From Novosphingobium sp. (GTDB lineage Bacteria > Pseudomonadota > Alphaproteobacteria > Sphingomonadales > Sphingomonadaceae), in contig JANMKT010000029.1 of the NCBI GenBank assembly GCA_031372185.1, positions 9,010 through 73,009 on the forward strand: DNA of 64,000 nucleotides. The letters are read 5' to 3'. A program made the translations under genes and the position numbers. Shown in pieces: positions 19,194-29,354 of this stretch; within the stretch, counting starts at the first letter, position 1; the number at the start of each line of letters is the position of its first letter. Below the pieces are notes generated by a model, which worked only from the letters and a program-made list of their open reading frames with translations, was not told the origin of the DNA and did no database searches.

Positions 19194-20234
19194 ATGTCGT
19201 TTTATCGCAATCTCAAACTGGCCTTACCTGTGGTTCTGGCCACCGCTTTGCTTTCGTTGCTCGCGCCCCGGCTAGCGGCACAGTCCGTCGAGGAGAGCGG
19301 CTTTCAGGGCTATTTGCAATTGCTGGCTGCCCGCGCCCGAAGTGAGGGGGTGAGCGAGCGGACCATCGCGGCGATGACCGGCGGGTTGACCTTCAATCCC
19401 CGCGTGATCGAGCTTGACCGGGCGCAACCCGGCGCAATTCCTGGCTCCATGCCCGCGTTGGCACCGTATCTGCGAACTCATGTCGATGCGGCGCGAATTA
19501 CGGGCGGTCGCAGTGCCTATCAGTCAACTGCCACGATTACCCCGCAGATCGAGCAGCGCTATGGGGTTCCGGTGCCTATCATACTGGCGATCTGGGGGCA
19601 TGAAACCAACTACGGCCGTTACAAGGGCGATTTCGATCTGGCCCGCTCGCTCGCCACGCTGGCCTATGAAGGACGTCGCCGCCAACTGTTTGCGGATGAA
19701 TTCGTCGCGCTGCTCAAAATGGCCGATCGCGGGGTTCCGCGTCAGCGGCTCTATGGCAGTTGGGCCGGAGCCTTTGGCAATCCGCAATTTCTCCCCAGCG
19801 TTTATCTGCGCCTCGCCCAGGATGGCGACGGCGATGGCGATGCCGATATCTGGAATGACCGCGCCGATACGCTGGCCTCGATCGCCAACTATTTCCGCGA
19901 TGGCGGCTGGCGGACCGGCCAGCCCTGGGGGGTGCGCGCTGCGGTGCCGGGCGGATTTGATGCGGTTCCGGTCACGACCCGCCTCGAATCGCCTTCCTGC
20001 CCGCGGGTCCATGCCCGTCACTCAGCCTGGAAAACGGTTCGCGAATGGCGCGGTTTAGGGATCGTGCCACTGGGTGCAATTAACGATAATGTGCTGGTTA
20101 GCCTGATCGAACCGGATGGTCGGGGGAATTCTGCGTTCCTCTTAACCAGTAATTATCGGGTTATCCTCAATTATAACTGCTCGAATTACTACGCTTTGTC
20201 CGTGGGATTACTTGCAGATGAGATTGCCCGTTAA
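19194..20234 (+). CDS. lytic murein transglycosylase (MltB/Slt35 family)
   Basis: AIWGHETNYG catalytic Glu, GSWAGAFGNPQFLPS, YNCSNYYALSV. Confidence 0.9.
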   Translation: MSFYRNLKLALPVVLATALLSLLAPRLAAQSVEESGFQGYLQLLAARARSEGVSERTIAAMTGGLTFNPRVIELDRAQPGAIPGSMPALAPYLRTHVDAARITGGRSAYQSTATITPQIEQRYGVPVPIILAIWGHETNYGRYKGDFDLARSLATLAYEGRRRQLFADEFVALLKMADRGVPRQRLYGSWAGAFGNPQFLPSVYLRLAQDGDGDGDADIWNDRADTLASIANYFRDGGWRTGQPWGVRAAVPGGFDAVPVTTRLESPSCPRVHARHSAWKTVREWRGLGIVPLGAINDNVLVSLIEPDGRGNSAFLLTSNYRVILNYNCSNYYALSVGLLADEIAR

Positions 20235-21108
20235 CCGATTTGCGCCGCTTGCGGTCCTGATCTTCCTCGCGGCTTGCGGCGGCGGTAATGAGTTTGCGCG
20301 GAACCTGCCGCCCGAACCTGCCAATGGTCCCGCCGCAGATTATCCGATGGTGATTGGCGCGCCCTTCGTGGTCGATGGCAAAACCTACACCCCGGTCGAT
20401 ACGATGAATTACGATGCGGTTGGCTATGCCGGGATGTTGGAGGGTTCGGGCACCAGTGGAGCGCCGGGCATCTCCGCCGCGCATCGCACGATGCCGCTGC
20501 CAAGCTATGTCGAAGTGACCGCGCTGACTAGCGGCAAGACCATCCTCGTCAGGATTGAACGGCGCGGCCCGATGACCGGAGCGAGGCTGACCGAGCTGTC
20601 GCCCGGTGCTGCGGCTCAGCTTGGGATCACCGGGCAGGAACGTGCTGCGGTTCGGGTTCGCCGGGTCAATCCGCCTGAGGTCGAGCGCGCGATACTGCGG
20701 GCCGGGCAAGCTGCGCCAGCGCGGATGGATACGCCCAAATCACTGCTCGCAGTGCTGACCCGCAAGCTTGACCAGCAGGATGGCGTCTTGCCCAAAGCAG
20801 TGCCTGCTCCCGGACCGATCCTGAAACCACTGCCTGTGCCGCCCGAGGCTGCAACAACGCCTTCTGCATCCGCCCCGCCGCCGAGACCTGCCGCACAGAC
20901 CGATTCGCTGATTGTCCAGGTTGCGGCGTTTTCCACGCATGAGCGGGCTGCAACTATAGCTGCCAAGCTTGGCGCGCGACTGAGCCAATCCAGGCGGCTG
21001 TGGCGGGTCCGGATGGGGCCGTTTGCCGCGCAAGCCGAGGCCGCTGCAGCGCTGGCGAAGGCCAGGGCTGCCGGGTATAGCGACGCTCGAATCCAGCGCG
21101 CTGACTGA
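20218..21108 (+). CDS. rlpA: RlpA family septal lytic transglycosylase lipoprotein with SPOR domain
   Basis: Lipobox LAAC, AAHRTMPLPSYVEVT, C-terminal VQVAAFS SPOR domain. Confidence 0.85.
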   Translation: MRLPVNRFAPLAVLIFLAACGGGNEFARNLPPEPANGPAADYPMVIGAPFVVDGKTYTPVDTMNYDAVGYAGMLEGSGTSGAPGISAAHRTMPLPSYVEVTALTSGKTILVRIERRGPMTGARLTELSPGAAAQLGITGQERAAVRVRRVNPPEVERAILRAGQAAPARMDTPKSLLAVLTRKLDQQDGVLPKAVPAPGPILKPLPVPPEAATTPSASAPPPRPAAQTDSLIVQVAAFSTHERAATIAAKLGARLSQSRRLWRVRMGPFAAQAEAAAALAKARAAGYSDARIQRAD

Positions 21109-21142
21109 TCGTTTCTGATCATCGCGTGCAGAAATCGCACAG

Positions 21143-22315
21143 GTGATAGGGAAGCATTTTTTGAAACGGTTTGGTTTACCCCTGTTGCTGATGCTGGCTG
21201 TGCCTGGTGCGGCTGCGCCGGCTTCGCCACAGGCCCCGGCTCCGGCGCTGACCCAGCGGATCCCAACCGCGCTGCTGGTCGATTTGAGTTCGGGCCAGAT
21301 CCTCTATTCGCAGGCAGCTGATCGCCGGTTTCTCCCCGCCTCGATAACCAAGGCGATGAGTGTGCTGGTCGCTTTTGAACTGATCGCCAGCGGCAGGCTG
21401 CGCGAGGATCAGCGCTTCGTGGTGGACGATGCCATCGCCCGGCAATGGTCGGGCAAGGGCACAAGCCTGTTCCTTAGGCCCGGAATGGAAGTGACCGTAG
21501 CAGACCTATTGCGCGGCATGACCATAGTTTCCGCCAATGATGCAGCAATCGTGGTGGCCAAGGGTGCGCTTGGCAGCACCGCGACCTGGACCGCCGAAAT
21601 GAATGCGCAAGCCCGGCGCCTAGGCATGACAAACAGCCATTTCAGCACCCCCAACGGCTGGCCGGATCGCGGCGCAACCTATGTCAGCGCAAGCGATCTG
21701 GTGCGACTGGCCGATGCCCTGATCAGCCGCCACCCTGCACTCTATCGCCGCTATTTCGGGCACCCGGCGATGATCTGGAACGGACGGGCGTTTACGAGCC
21801 ATGATCCGTTCGCCGGAATGGTCGCCGGTGCAGACGGGATCAAGACCGGCCATACGTTCGAGGCCGGGTTTAATTTCTTGGGCGCAGTCGAACGCGCTGG
21901 GCGGCGGCTGGTCTTGGTGACCGCCGGTGCCCAGAACGCGGATTTGCGCGCCAAGGCCTCGCGCGCGCTGATCGAATGGGGTTATTCAGCGTGGGATAGC
22001 CGAGCTCTGCTGAGCAAAGGCACACAGGTCGGCAACGCCCGCGTGCAGGGCGGGATTGGACGGCAGATTGCACTCAGTGTCCCGCGCAATTTCAGCATTG
22101 CGGTGCCAAAGGGCAGCAATCCGCAAATCACCGCGCAGATCATCTACCACGGCCCGCTGCGCGCGCCGATCGTCAAGGGCTCAGCTGTGGCCGGACTGCG
22201 GATCCAGATCGCCGGGCAGCCCGCGCATATCCTGCCGCTGGTGGCCGCGACAAGCATTGGCAAAGCGGGACCGCTTGACCGGCTTATCAATGGGCTGGCA
22301 GGGCTGGTATCGTGA
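21143..22315 (+). CDS. D-alanyl-D-alanine carboxypeptidase (peptidase S11)
   Basis: PASITK (SxxK), SAN, KTG motifs. Confidence 0.92.
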   Translation: MIGKHFLKRFGLPLLLMLAVPGAAAPASPQAPAPALTQRIPTALLVDLSSGQILYSQAADRRFLPASITKAMSVLVAFELIASGRLREDQRFVVDDAIARQWSGKGTSLFLRPGMEVTVADLLRGMTIVSANDAAIVVAKGALGSTATWTAEMNAQARRLGMTNSHFSTPNGWPDRGATYVSASDLVRLADALISRHPALYRRYFGHPAMIWNGRAFTSHDPFAGMVAGADGIKTGHTFEAGFNFLGAVERAGRRLVLVTAGAQNADLRAKASRALIEWGYSAWDSRALLSKGTQVGNARVQGGIGRQIALSVPRNFSIAVPKGSNPQITAQIIYHGPLRAPIVKGSAVAGLRIQIAGQPAHILPLVAATSIGKAGPLDRLINGLAGLVS

Positions 22316-22950
22316 AACGCGGAAAACTCATTGCGCTGGAAGGCGGGGAAGGGGCGGGCAAATCCACCCAGGCCCGGCTGCTGGCTGCGGCGCTGGAGGC
22401 GCGCGGGATCGCCTGCCTGGTTACCCGTGAACCGGGAGGCACGCCCGGCGCCGAGGCAATCCGCGCCCTGCTGCTTGGCACCGAGGGCGACGGATGGCAT
22501 CCCCGCGCCGAAGCCCTGCTGTTTGCGGCTGCAAGGTCCGATCATGTCGAACGGCTCATTCTGCCTGCGCTCGACCGGGGCGAATGGGTGATCTGCGATC
22601 GCTTCGTCGATTCGAGCCGGGCCTATCAGGGTGGCGGCGGCGGGCTGAGTGACGCTGAAGTAGTTGAATTGCACCGGATCGGCAGCAAGGGCCTGATACC
22701 TGATCTGACGTTGCTGATCGAAATATCGCCCGAGGTTGCCGCAACCCGGCTGGAAAGCCGCGATGGCGGAGCGGCGGACCGGATCGGCGGGCGCGGTGCC
22801 GCCTACCACGCGGCAGTCGCTGCAGCCTTTGCCCGGATAGCCGAGGCCGAACCTGCCCGCTTCGCCCGGATCGATGGCAATGGCAGCGCCGAGGGTGTTC
22901 ATGCTGCAATTGTCAGTGCGCTTTCGCCCCTGCTGGATCTTGGTTCATGA
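22312..22950 (+). CDS. tmk: thymidylate kinase
   Basis: EGGEGAGKST, TREPGG, CDRFVDSS. Confidence 0.96.
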   Translation: MKRGKLIALEGGEGAGKSTQARLLAAALEARGIACLVTREPGGTPGAEAIRALLLGTEGDGWHPRAEALLFAAARSDHVERLILPALDRGEWVICDRFVDSSRAYQGGGGGLSDAEVVELHRIGSKGLIPDLTLLIEISPEVAATRLESRDGGAADRIGGRGAAYHAAVAAAFARIAEAEPARFARIDGNGSAEGVHAAIVSALSPLLDLGS

Positions 22951-23909
22951 CCATGGCCGGACATGATGAGGCCTGGCGTGAATGGCGCGCCGCCATGGCG
23001 TCATCGCGGATGCATCATGGCTGGATTCTCAGCGGTTTGCGCGGAATAGGCAAGGGGTCCTTCGCTCTGTCAGCTGCAGCTGAACTGGTGGCGGAAGCGG
23101 AGATTCCTCAGCCAAAACCCACCGCGCACCCCGATATTATCACGCTGGAGCATTTGCCGGCCAACGATGATGAGGAAAAGAAGCGCGCCGAGGGCAAGCC
23201 GTTTCAGACCAAACGCAACATCACCATCGATCAGATCCGCCGGATGCAACAACGCCTGGTGACCCGGCCCACACTGGGCAGCCGCCGGGTCATCATCATC
23301 AATCCGGCTGATGATATGGAAAAGAATGCGGTCAACGCCCTGCTCAAGAGCCTGGAAGAGCCGCCGATCGGAACCTTTTTCCTGCTCGTGGCACACCGCC
23401 CGGGGCGGTTGCTGCCGACGATCCGCTCGCGTTGCCGGGTCTTGCGTTTTGCGCCGCTTAACCCCGCCGCGATGGAGGAAATCCTCCTTCGTGAGGCGCC
23501 CCAGGCGGACGCCGCCACGCGTGCTGCTGCCGCAGCTGCCGCCGATGGATCGCCCGGCGCTGCGCTGGAGTTTGTCGGGCAGGAACTTGGGGCTTTGCAC
23601 AAGCTGATGCTCCGGCTGCTGCACGAGGGTGACGAGAGCTTTGCCCTGCGCGGTGCACTGGCGGGCGAGATCGGCGCGCGGCCGGACCGGGAACGCATGC
23701 AGGCCTCGGTTGAACTGGCCCGGGCCGTCCTTGCAGCAGAACTGGCTGCTGCCGGGCCAGAGCGGCAGGGCCGGATTATCGAGGCGCATGGCGCACTGGT
23801 GCAACTCGGCGGGCAATTGCCAACTTACAACTTCGATCCTGGATTGGTGGTGATGGAAATTGGCGGGTTGCTGGCCTCCGCCGCCGCCCCTAGAGAGACC
23901 ACAGCCTGA
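22947..23909 (+). CDS. holB: DNA polymerase III subunit delta-prime
   Basis: G.RGIGK, HPD, NALLKSLEEPP, LPTIRSRC; tmk-holB-metG synteny. Confidence 0.92.
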   Translation: MTMAGHDEAWREWRAAMASSRMHHGWILSGLRGIGKGSFALSAAAELVAEAEIPQPKPTAHPDIITLEHLPANDDEEKKRAEGKPFQTKRNITIDQIRRMQQRLVTRPTLGSRRVIIINPADDMEKNAVNALLKSLEEPPIGTFFLLVAHRPGRLLPTIRSRCRVLRFAPLNPAAMEEILLREAPQADAATRAAAAAAADGSPGAALEFVGQELGALHKLMLRLLHEGDESFALRGALAGEIGARPDRERMQASVELARAVLAAELAAAGPERQGRIIEAHGALVQLGGQLPTYNFDPGLVVMEIGGLLASAAAPRETTA

Positions 23910-23936
23910 AATTTCCTGAAAAGACAGCACCCCGGC

Positions 23937-25490
23937 ATGGCCGAACCTTTCTACATTACCACCGCGATCAGCTATCCCAACGGCAAGCCGCATATCGGCC
24001 ATGCCTATGAAGCGATTGCCGCCGATGTGATCGCCCGGTTTCAGCGGCAAATGGGCCGCGATGTGCGGTTTCAGACCGGCACCGACGAGCATGGCTTGAA
24101 GATGGCCCAAAAGGCGCGCGAGCTGGGCGTGACGCCGGCTGAACTTGCCGATGAAATGTCGCAATATTTCATTGATATGTGTGATAAGCTCAATGTCAGT
24201 TATGACGTTTTCCAACGCACGACCGAACCGCGCCACCACCTTGCCAGCCAGGAACTGTGGCGGCGGATGGAAGCCAATGGCGATCTCTACCTCGATCGCT
24301 ACGAAGGCTGGTACTCGATCCGCGACGAAGCCTATTACGATGAAAGCGAGTTGATCGAAGGGGAGGGGACTGAAAAACTCTCGCCGCAAGGCACGCCGGT
24401 TGAATGGACGGTCGAGGAAAGCTGGTTTTTCCGCCTGTCGAACTATGGAGATCGTTTGCTGGCGCTTTATACCGACAATGCAGACTGGTTGCAGCCCGAT
24501 AGCCGCCGCAACGAAATCATGCGCTTCGTCGAAGGAGGCTTGCGCGATCTGTCGGTCTCGCGGACCAGCTTCGATTGGGGGGTCAAGGTTCCCGGCAGCG
24601 AAAAGCACGTCATGTATGTCTGGGTTGATGCGCTTACCAACTATCTGACCGGGTTAGGTTTTCCTGATGACACACCGGAAATGCAGAAATGGTGGCCGGC
24701 TGATATTCACCTGATCGGCAAAGATATTGTCCGCTTTCACGCGGTCTACTGGCCAGCCTTCCTGTGGAGCGCAGGACTGGAATTGCCCAAACAGGTGTTC
24801 GGGCATGGTTTCTTGCTCAACCGGGGGCAAAAGGAATCGAAGTCACTCGGCAATGTCACCGATCCGATTGAATTGGCGGAACGCTATGGCGTTGATGTGC
24901 TGCGCTATTTCCTGATGCGCGAAGTCCCATTCGGGCAGGACGGCAGCTATTCGCCCGAAGCGATTGTTTTGCGGGCGAATGCTGAACTTGCGAACAGTTT
25001 TGGAAATCTGGCGCAGCGCACATTATCCATGGTCTTCAAGAATCTGGATGGCAAGGTGCCAGCGTGGGGCAATGCGCCGGAAGACACCAAACTGCGTTCA
25101 CAGGTAAGAAGTGCTGTGCTGAATGATTTGCTTCAAGAATTCCAGAAACTGTCATTCTCGACAGGACTTGAAGCATGGATGAAAGCTGTATTTGCTTGCA
25201 ATGCCTATGTTGATGAAATGGCACCATGGGCGTTACGAAAAAGCGATCCGGCACGAATGACTGAGGTGCTTGGGACACTCTACCGCTGCATCATCGATTT
25301 AGCGATCGGACTGATCCCGATTGCGCCGACGTCAGCTAATAACCTGCTTGATGCAATGGGTGTAGCAATGACTGATCGTGATTTTGACTGGATAGCCAAC
25401 GGCAATCCGGGCAATCCGACAGCCCATGTCGTAGAGCAACCCACACCCATATTCCCCCGCCTCGAACTCCCCGCCGAAGAAACCGCCTGA
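23937..25490 (+). CDS. metG: methionine--tRNA ligase
   Basis: PHIGH (HIGH), GTDEHG, GKDIVRFH, KESKS (KMSKS variant). Confidence 0.97.
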   Translation: MAEPFYITTAISYPNGKPHIGHAYEAIAADVIARFQRQMGRDVRFQTGTDEHGLKMAQKARELGVTPAELADEMSQYFIDMCDKLNVSYDVFQRTTEPRHHLASQELWRRMEANGDLYLDRYEGWYSIRDEAYYDESELIEGEGTEKLSPQGTPVEWTVEESWFFRLSNYGDRLLALYTDNADWLQPDSRRNEIMRFVEGGLRDLSVSRTSFDWGVKVPGSEKHVMYVWVDALTNYLTGLGFPDDTPEMQKWWPADIHLIGKDIVRFHAVYWPAFLWSAGLELPKQVFGHGFLLNRGQKESKSLGNVTDPIELAERYGVDVLRYFLMREVPFGQDGSYSPEAIVLRANAELANSFGNLAQRTLSMVFKNLDGKVPAWGNAPEDTKLRSQVRSAVLNDLLQEFQKLSFSTGLEAWMKAVFACNAYVDEMAPWALRKSDPARMTEVLGTLYRCIIDLAIGLIPIAPTSANNLLDAMGVAMTDRDFDWIANGNPGNPTAHVVEQPTPIFPRLELPAEETA

Positions 25491-26266
25491 TGCTGATCGA
25501 TTCGCATTGCCACCTGGAATATAAGGGCCTGGTCGAGGATCAGGCCGGGGTCCTGTCACGCGCCCGCGCGGCAGGCGTCGGGGGCTTTCTCAATATCTCG
25601 ACCCGCCAGCGCGAGTGGGATCAGGTCATATCCACGGCCATGCGTGAGCCGGACATCTGGGCTAGCGTCGGAATCCATCCGCATGAGGCCGATGACCATG
25701 CCGATCTGGGCGAAGCTGTGCTGCTCGCAGCAACCGATCACCCTAGGGTGATCGCGATTGGCGAAACCGGGCTGGATTATTACTACGACCATTCCGACCG
25801 CGCGACGCAGCGGGCGCTGTTCCGCACCCATATTGCGGTAGCACGGCAAACCGGCCTGCCGCTGATCATCCACACCCGCGATGCCGAGGATGATACCGCT
25901 GCGATCATTGCGGATGAAATGGCGCAGGGCGCTTTCCCGGCGCTGATCCACTGCTTCACTGCGTCGGCTGAGTTTGGCCGCAAGATGCTCGAACTTGGCC
26001 TCACTATCTCGATTTCAGGGATCATAACCTTCAAGAATGCCAAAGATTTGCAGAAAGTTGCTGCCAGTCTGCCTGAGGATCGCCTGCTGGTTGAAACCGA
26101 CGCGCCATTCCTGGCACCAGTGCCGCATCGCGGGCGGCCGTGCGAGCCAGCATTTGTGGCTGATACTGCTCGCTTTGTCGCCCAGCTGCGCGGCGTAACC
26201 CCTGAGGCTTTGGCGGAACAGACTACACGCAATTTCGCCACCTTGTTCAAGAAGGCCGCAGTGTGA
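25490..26266 (+). CDS. TatD family hydrolase
   Basis: DSHCH, GETGLDY, IHTRDA, IHCF, ETDAPFL. Confidence 0.95.
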   Translation: MLIDSHCHLEYKGLVEDQAGVLSRARAAGVGGFLNISTRQREWDQVISTAMREPDIWASVGIHPHEADDHADLGEAVLLAATDHPRVIAIGETGLDYYYDHSDRATQRALFRTHIAVARQTGLPLIIHTRDAEDDTAAIIADEMAQGAFPALIHCFTASAEFGRKMLELGLTISISGIITFKNAKDLQKVAASLPEDRLLVETDAPFLAPVPHRGRPCEPAFVADTARFVAQLRGVTPEALAEQTTRNFATLFKKAAV

Positions 26267-27030
26267 AACTGCTGATGCTCGGCGCCGGCACTTCGACAGG
26301 GGTACCCCGGATCGGCAACGATTGGGGCCTTTGCGACCCGGCAGAGCCGCGCAACCGCCGCTCACGCGTTTCGATCATAGTTGAAAGCACTGAAGGAACC
26401 CGGCTGCTGGTCGATACCTCAACCGATCTGCGCAACCAGCTGCTCGCCAATGATATTGACCGGGTTGATGCGGTGTTCTGGACCCACGATCACGCCGATC
26501 ATTGCCACGGGATCGATGATCTGCGGCCGATGCGCTATGGCCGATCGGGGCCGCTACCGGGCTTTGCTGCCGATGAAACGGTGCGGCGCTTGCGTCAGCG
26601 GTTCGGGTATGTTTTTGCCGGGCAAGATGGCTATTACACCATCGTCAACATCGACTCGCTCGATCGGCTGCGGATGTTCGGCGGGATTTCAGTCGGAAGT
26701 TGCCAGATGCCGCATGGTCCGGCACAAACCACCGGGTTCCGGTTTGAGGCAAACGGTAAATCAATTGGTTACGCGACAGACTTCAGTGCGATTACGCGCG
26801 AGATGGTTGAGCTGTTCGATAGCGTCGATCTGCTAGTAACCGATTGCCTGCGCCGTGAACCGCATCCTACCCATGCGCATCTTGGCATGGCGCTGGAACT
26901 GATCGAAGCCTCGCGGGCGAGCCGCGCAGTTCTGACGCATCTCGACAAGTCACTGGATTATGCCACATTGTCTGGCGAAGTCCCGCCGCATGTGGTGGTC
27001 GGCTTCGATGGCATGGAGCTGGAATTGTGA
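26263..27030 (+). CDS. MBL-fold metallo-hydrolase (PhnP-like)
   Basis: LGAGTSTGVP, THDHADHCHG, THL. Confidence 0.92.
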   Translation: MKLLMLGAGTSTGVPRIGNDWGLCDPAEPRNRRSRVSIIVESTEGTRLLVDTSTDLRNQLLANDIDRVDAVFWTHDHADHCHGIDDLRPMRYGRSGPLPGFAADETVRRLRQRFGYVFAGQDGYYTIVNIDSLDRLRMFGGISVGSCQMPHGPAQTTGFRFEANGKSIGYATDFSAITREMVELFDSVDLLVTDCLRREPHPTHAHLGMALELIEASRASRAVLTHLDKSLDYATLSGEVPPHVVVGFDGMELEL

Positions 27031-27197
27031 ACGGTTCGGTCATCGTCTCGCTCATTGCGTTGACTGGAAGTCTGGTGCTTGCACTGCGTAATCTGCGCGG
27101 GGACAACCTCTCTCTCGAAACAAAGTCCTGGATGGCGGTGGCCTGGTTGCTGATTATCGCAGTCGTTGCCTTCGCGGCGGGGCAGTTATCCGCGTGA
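27027..27197 (+). CDS. small two-TM membrane protein, 56 aa (absent from the ORF track)
   Basis: GTG overlaps the MBL stop (GTGA); MNGSVIVSLIALTGSLVLALRNLRGDNLSLETKSWMAVAWLLIIAVVAFAAGQLSA. Confidence 0.7.
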   Translation: MNGSVIVSLIALTGSLVLALRNLRGDNLSLETKSWMAVAWLLIIAVVAFAAGQLSA

Positions 27198-27220
27198 GGA
27201 GCAGTTGCCGCTCCTTTATT
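27198..27220 (+). terminator. possible intrinsic terminator
   Basis: ggagc-agttgcc-gctcc followed by tttatt; short stem. Confidence 0.4.
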
Positions 27221-27221
27221 A

Positions 27222-27249
27222 ATTTAACATAATATATATTATCAATCTT
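27222..27249 (-). other. dif: chromosomal dif site (XerC/XerD recombination site)
   Basis: Minus strand AAGATTGATAA-TATATA-TTATGTTAAAT; XerD arm identical to E. coli TTATGTTAAAT; 11-6-11 layout; KOPS polarity flips here. Confidence 0.88.
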
Positions 27250-27251
27250 AT

Positions 27252-28046
27252 ATGTCCTCAGAATCAGATCCCCCTCTCGAACGTCTCCTGCGGATAATGG
27301 CCCTGCTGCGCGACCCCGTATCAGGCTGCGAATGGGACCGTGTGCAAAGTTTTGCCACCATCGCACCTTACACAATCGAAGAGGCCTATGAAGTTGCCGA
27401 CGCAATTGAGCGCGGCGACATGCTGGCGCTCCGCGACGAACTTGGCGATCTGTTGCTTCAGGTCGTGTTCCACTCCCGCATTGCCGAGGAAGCCGGCCTG
27501 TTCGATTTCGCTGACGTCGCTGCTGCGATCAATGAGAAAATGGAAAGTCGCCATCCACAGATCTTCGGTGATGCCATGCATGCAGACCAATCGCGCCAGG
27601 AACGCTGGGAAACACTCAAGGCAAGTGAACGGAGCGCCAAAGGCTCAACCAGCGCACTTGATGGAGTGGCACTTGCCCTCCCCGCGCTAATGCGTGCAGA
27701 AAAACTGCAAAAACGCGCAGCCCGGCAGGGTTTCGACTGGCCGGATGTCGCAGGTCCGGCGGCAAAAGTATGCGAGGAAATGGACGAACTGGCTGCCGCA
27801 CGAACTGAGGTGGAACGCGTGGAAGAGGCTGGCGACTTGCTATTCGCCGCAGTCAACCTCGTCCGCGCTTATGAAATCGCCCCCGAAGACGCATTGCGGG
27901 CGGCAAACTTGAAATTCGATCGGCGGTTTCGTGCGATGGAGCAACTCGCAACAAGCAAGGGGCAGAGCTTCGAAGCGCTCGACCTTGAACAGCAGGAGCA
28001 ACTCTGGATTGACGTCAAAGCGTCAGAGTCTGGAAAAACGTCCTAG
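27252..28046 (+). CDS. mazG: nucleoside triphosphate pyrophosphohydrolase MazG
   Basis: CEWDRVQ, YTIEEAYEV, ELGDLLLQVVFH, EEAGDLLF. Confidence 0.95.
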   Translation: MSSESDPPLERLLRIMALLRDPVSGCEWDRVQSFATIAPYTIEEAYEVADAIERGDMLALRDELGDLLLQVVFHSRIAEEAGLFDFADVAAAINEKMESRHPQIFGDAMHADQSRQERWETLKASERSAKGSTSALDGVALALPALMRAEKLQKRAARQGFDWPDVAGPAAKVCEEMDELAAARTEVERVEEAGDLLFAAVNLVRAYEIAPEDALRAANLKFDRRFRAMEQLATSKGQSFEALDLEQQEQLWIDVKASESGKTS

Positions 28047-29354
28047 ATCGCGCGAATTGAGCCGCACTTCCAGGTGCCGCAGCGGACCGCGTTCGTCTTC
28101 ACCGCCTTCGCAATCTGTTGTCACTTCACCATTGGCAAAAAGCCAGGCAATGCGCTGGCCGTCACTGGCCGGAATTGAAAATTTGTGCAGCTTGGCTCCC
28201 GCAGTCAGCACCTCGCTGGTTTTGGCCAGCAAGACTTCGCACCCCTCGCCAGTCAACGCCGAAATCGGAACGACAATTTCATCGTCGTGAAGGTTCACCT
28301 GTTCAACAAGCTCAACCGCACGCTCAGGATCAAGCAGGTCCCATTTGTTCCAGGCTTCGATTATCGGGATCTTCGGCTCGGACGCATCAGGATCAAGCAA
28401 CCCCAGTTCGCCCAAAACATGCAGCACTTGCCGCTTCTGTGCGGCAGTATCCGGGTTAGCGATATCGCGGACATGGACAATCAAATCTGCTGCAGTAACC
28501 TCTTCCAGCGTGGCCCGGAACGCAGCCACCAGCTGTGTCGGCAAGTCCGATATGAAGCCGACCGTGTCGGACACAATTGCCTTGTCCAGCCCCGGCAGAC
28601 GTACCGCCCGCATGGTCGGATCGAGCGTGGCGAACAGCAGATCTTCGGCCATCACCGCCGCGCCGGTCAGACGGTTGAACAGCGTTGATTTGCCGGCATT
28701 GGTGTAACCCACCAATGCCACGACCGGCCATGGCGCCTTTTCCCGCCGCGAGCGGTGAAGTCCGCGTGTCCTTCGCACCTGCTCCAGCTCGCGCCGCAGC
28801 CGGGCCATCCGGTCGCGGATCTGGCGCCGATCCGCCTCGATCTGGGTTTCTCCAGGGCCGCCCAGAAAGCCGAAGCCGCCGCGCTGACGCTCAAGGTGGG
28901 TCCAGCTACGGACCAATCGACCGGCCTGGTAATCGAGGTGAGCGAGTTCAACTTGCAGCCGCCCTTCAGCGGTTGCTGCGCGCTCGCCGAAGATTTCAAG
29001 GATCAGCCCGGTCCGGTCGATCACCTTGCGTTTGAGCTTTTCTTCCAGGTTGCGTTGCTGGATCGCGGTTAGCGCAGCATCCACGATGACCAGTTCCGCC
29101 TCATTTTGGGAGCAGGCTATTGCAATATTGGCGATCTGGCCTTCGCCCAGCAGCGTCGCGGCGCGCGCATCGCGGAGCGGAATAGTGAGAATTTCGGTGA
29201 CCACCAGCCCGATTGCCAGTGCCAGCCCCCGCGCTTCCTCGGCCCGAGCTTGCGCATCTATCGCTCCAGCACTGCGCCCACGCAATTCCGGGCAAACGAC
29301 TAGCGCCCGTGCCCCGCGGGTAACTTCGCCGTCGAACTCGTCAGAATTGCTCAG
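28023..29354 (-). CDS. hflX: GTPase HflX
   Basis: [33 protein letters not shown]; N-terminus extended to CTG 29354 (ORF track starts at TTG 29285). Confidence 0.93.
   Translation of the reverse strand: MSNSDEFDGEVTRGARALVVCPELRGRSAGAIDAQARAEEARGLALAIGLVVTEILTIPLRDARAATLLGEGQIANIAIACSQNEAELVIVDAALTAIQQRNLEEKLKRKVIDRTGLILEIFGERAATAEGRLQVELAHLDYQAGRLVRSWTHLERQRGGFGFLGGPGETQIEADRRQIRDRMARLRRELEQVRRTRGLHRSRREKAPWPVVALVGYTNAGKSTLFNRLTGAAVMAEDLLFATLDPTMRAVRLPGLDKAIVSDTVGFISDLPTQLVAAFRATLEEVTAADLIVHVRDIANPDTAAQKRQVLHVLGELGLLDPDASEPKIPIIEAWNKWDLLDPERAVELVEQVNLHDDEIVVPISALTGEGCEVLLAKTSEVLTAGAKLHKFSIPASDGQRIAWLFANGEVTTDCEGGEDERGPLRHLEVRLNSRDLGRFSRL

Noticed and set aside
23070-24608. 512-aa minus-strand ORF (likewise 936-1937, 3656-4777, 7570-8784, 54020-54862)
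   Set aside because: Antisense shadows of well-supported housekeeping genes.
27252-28046. mazG as part of a mazEFG operon with the TA pair
   Set aside because: It is 24 kb away and in its usual housekeeping context.
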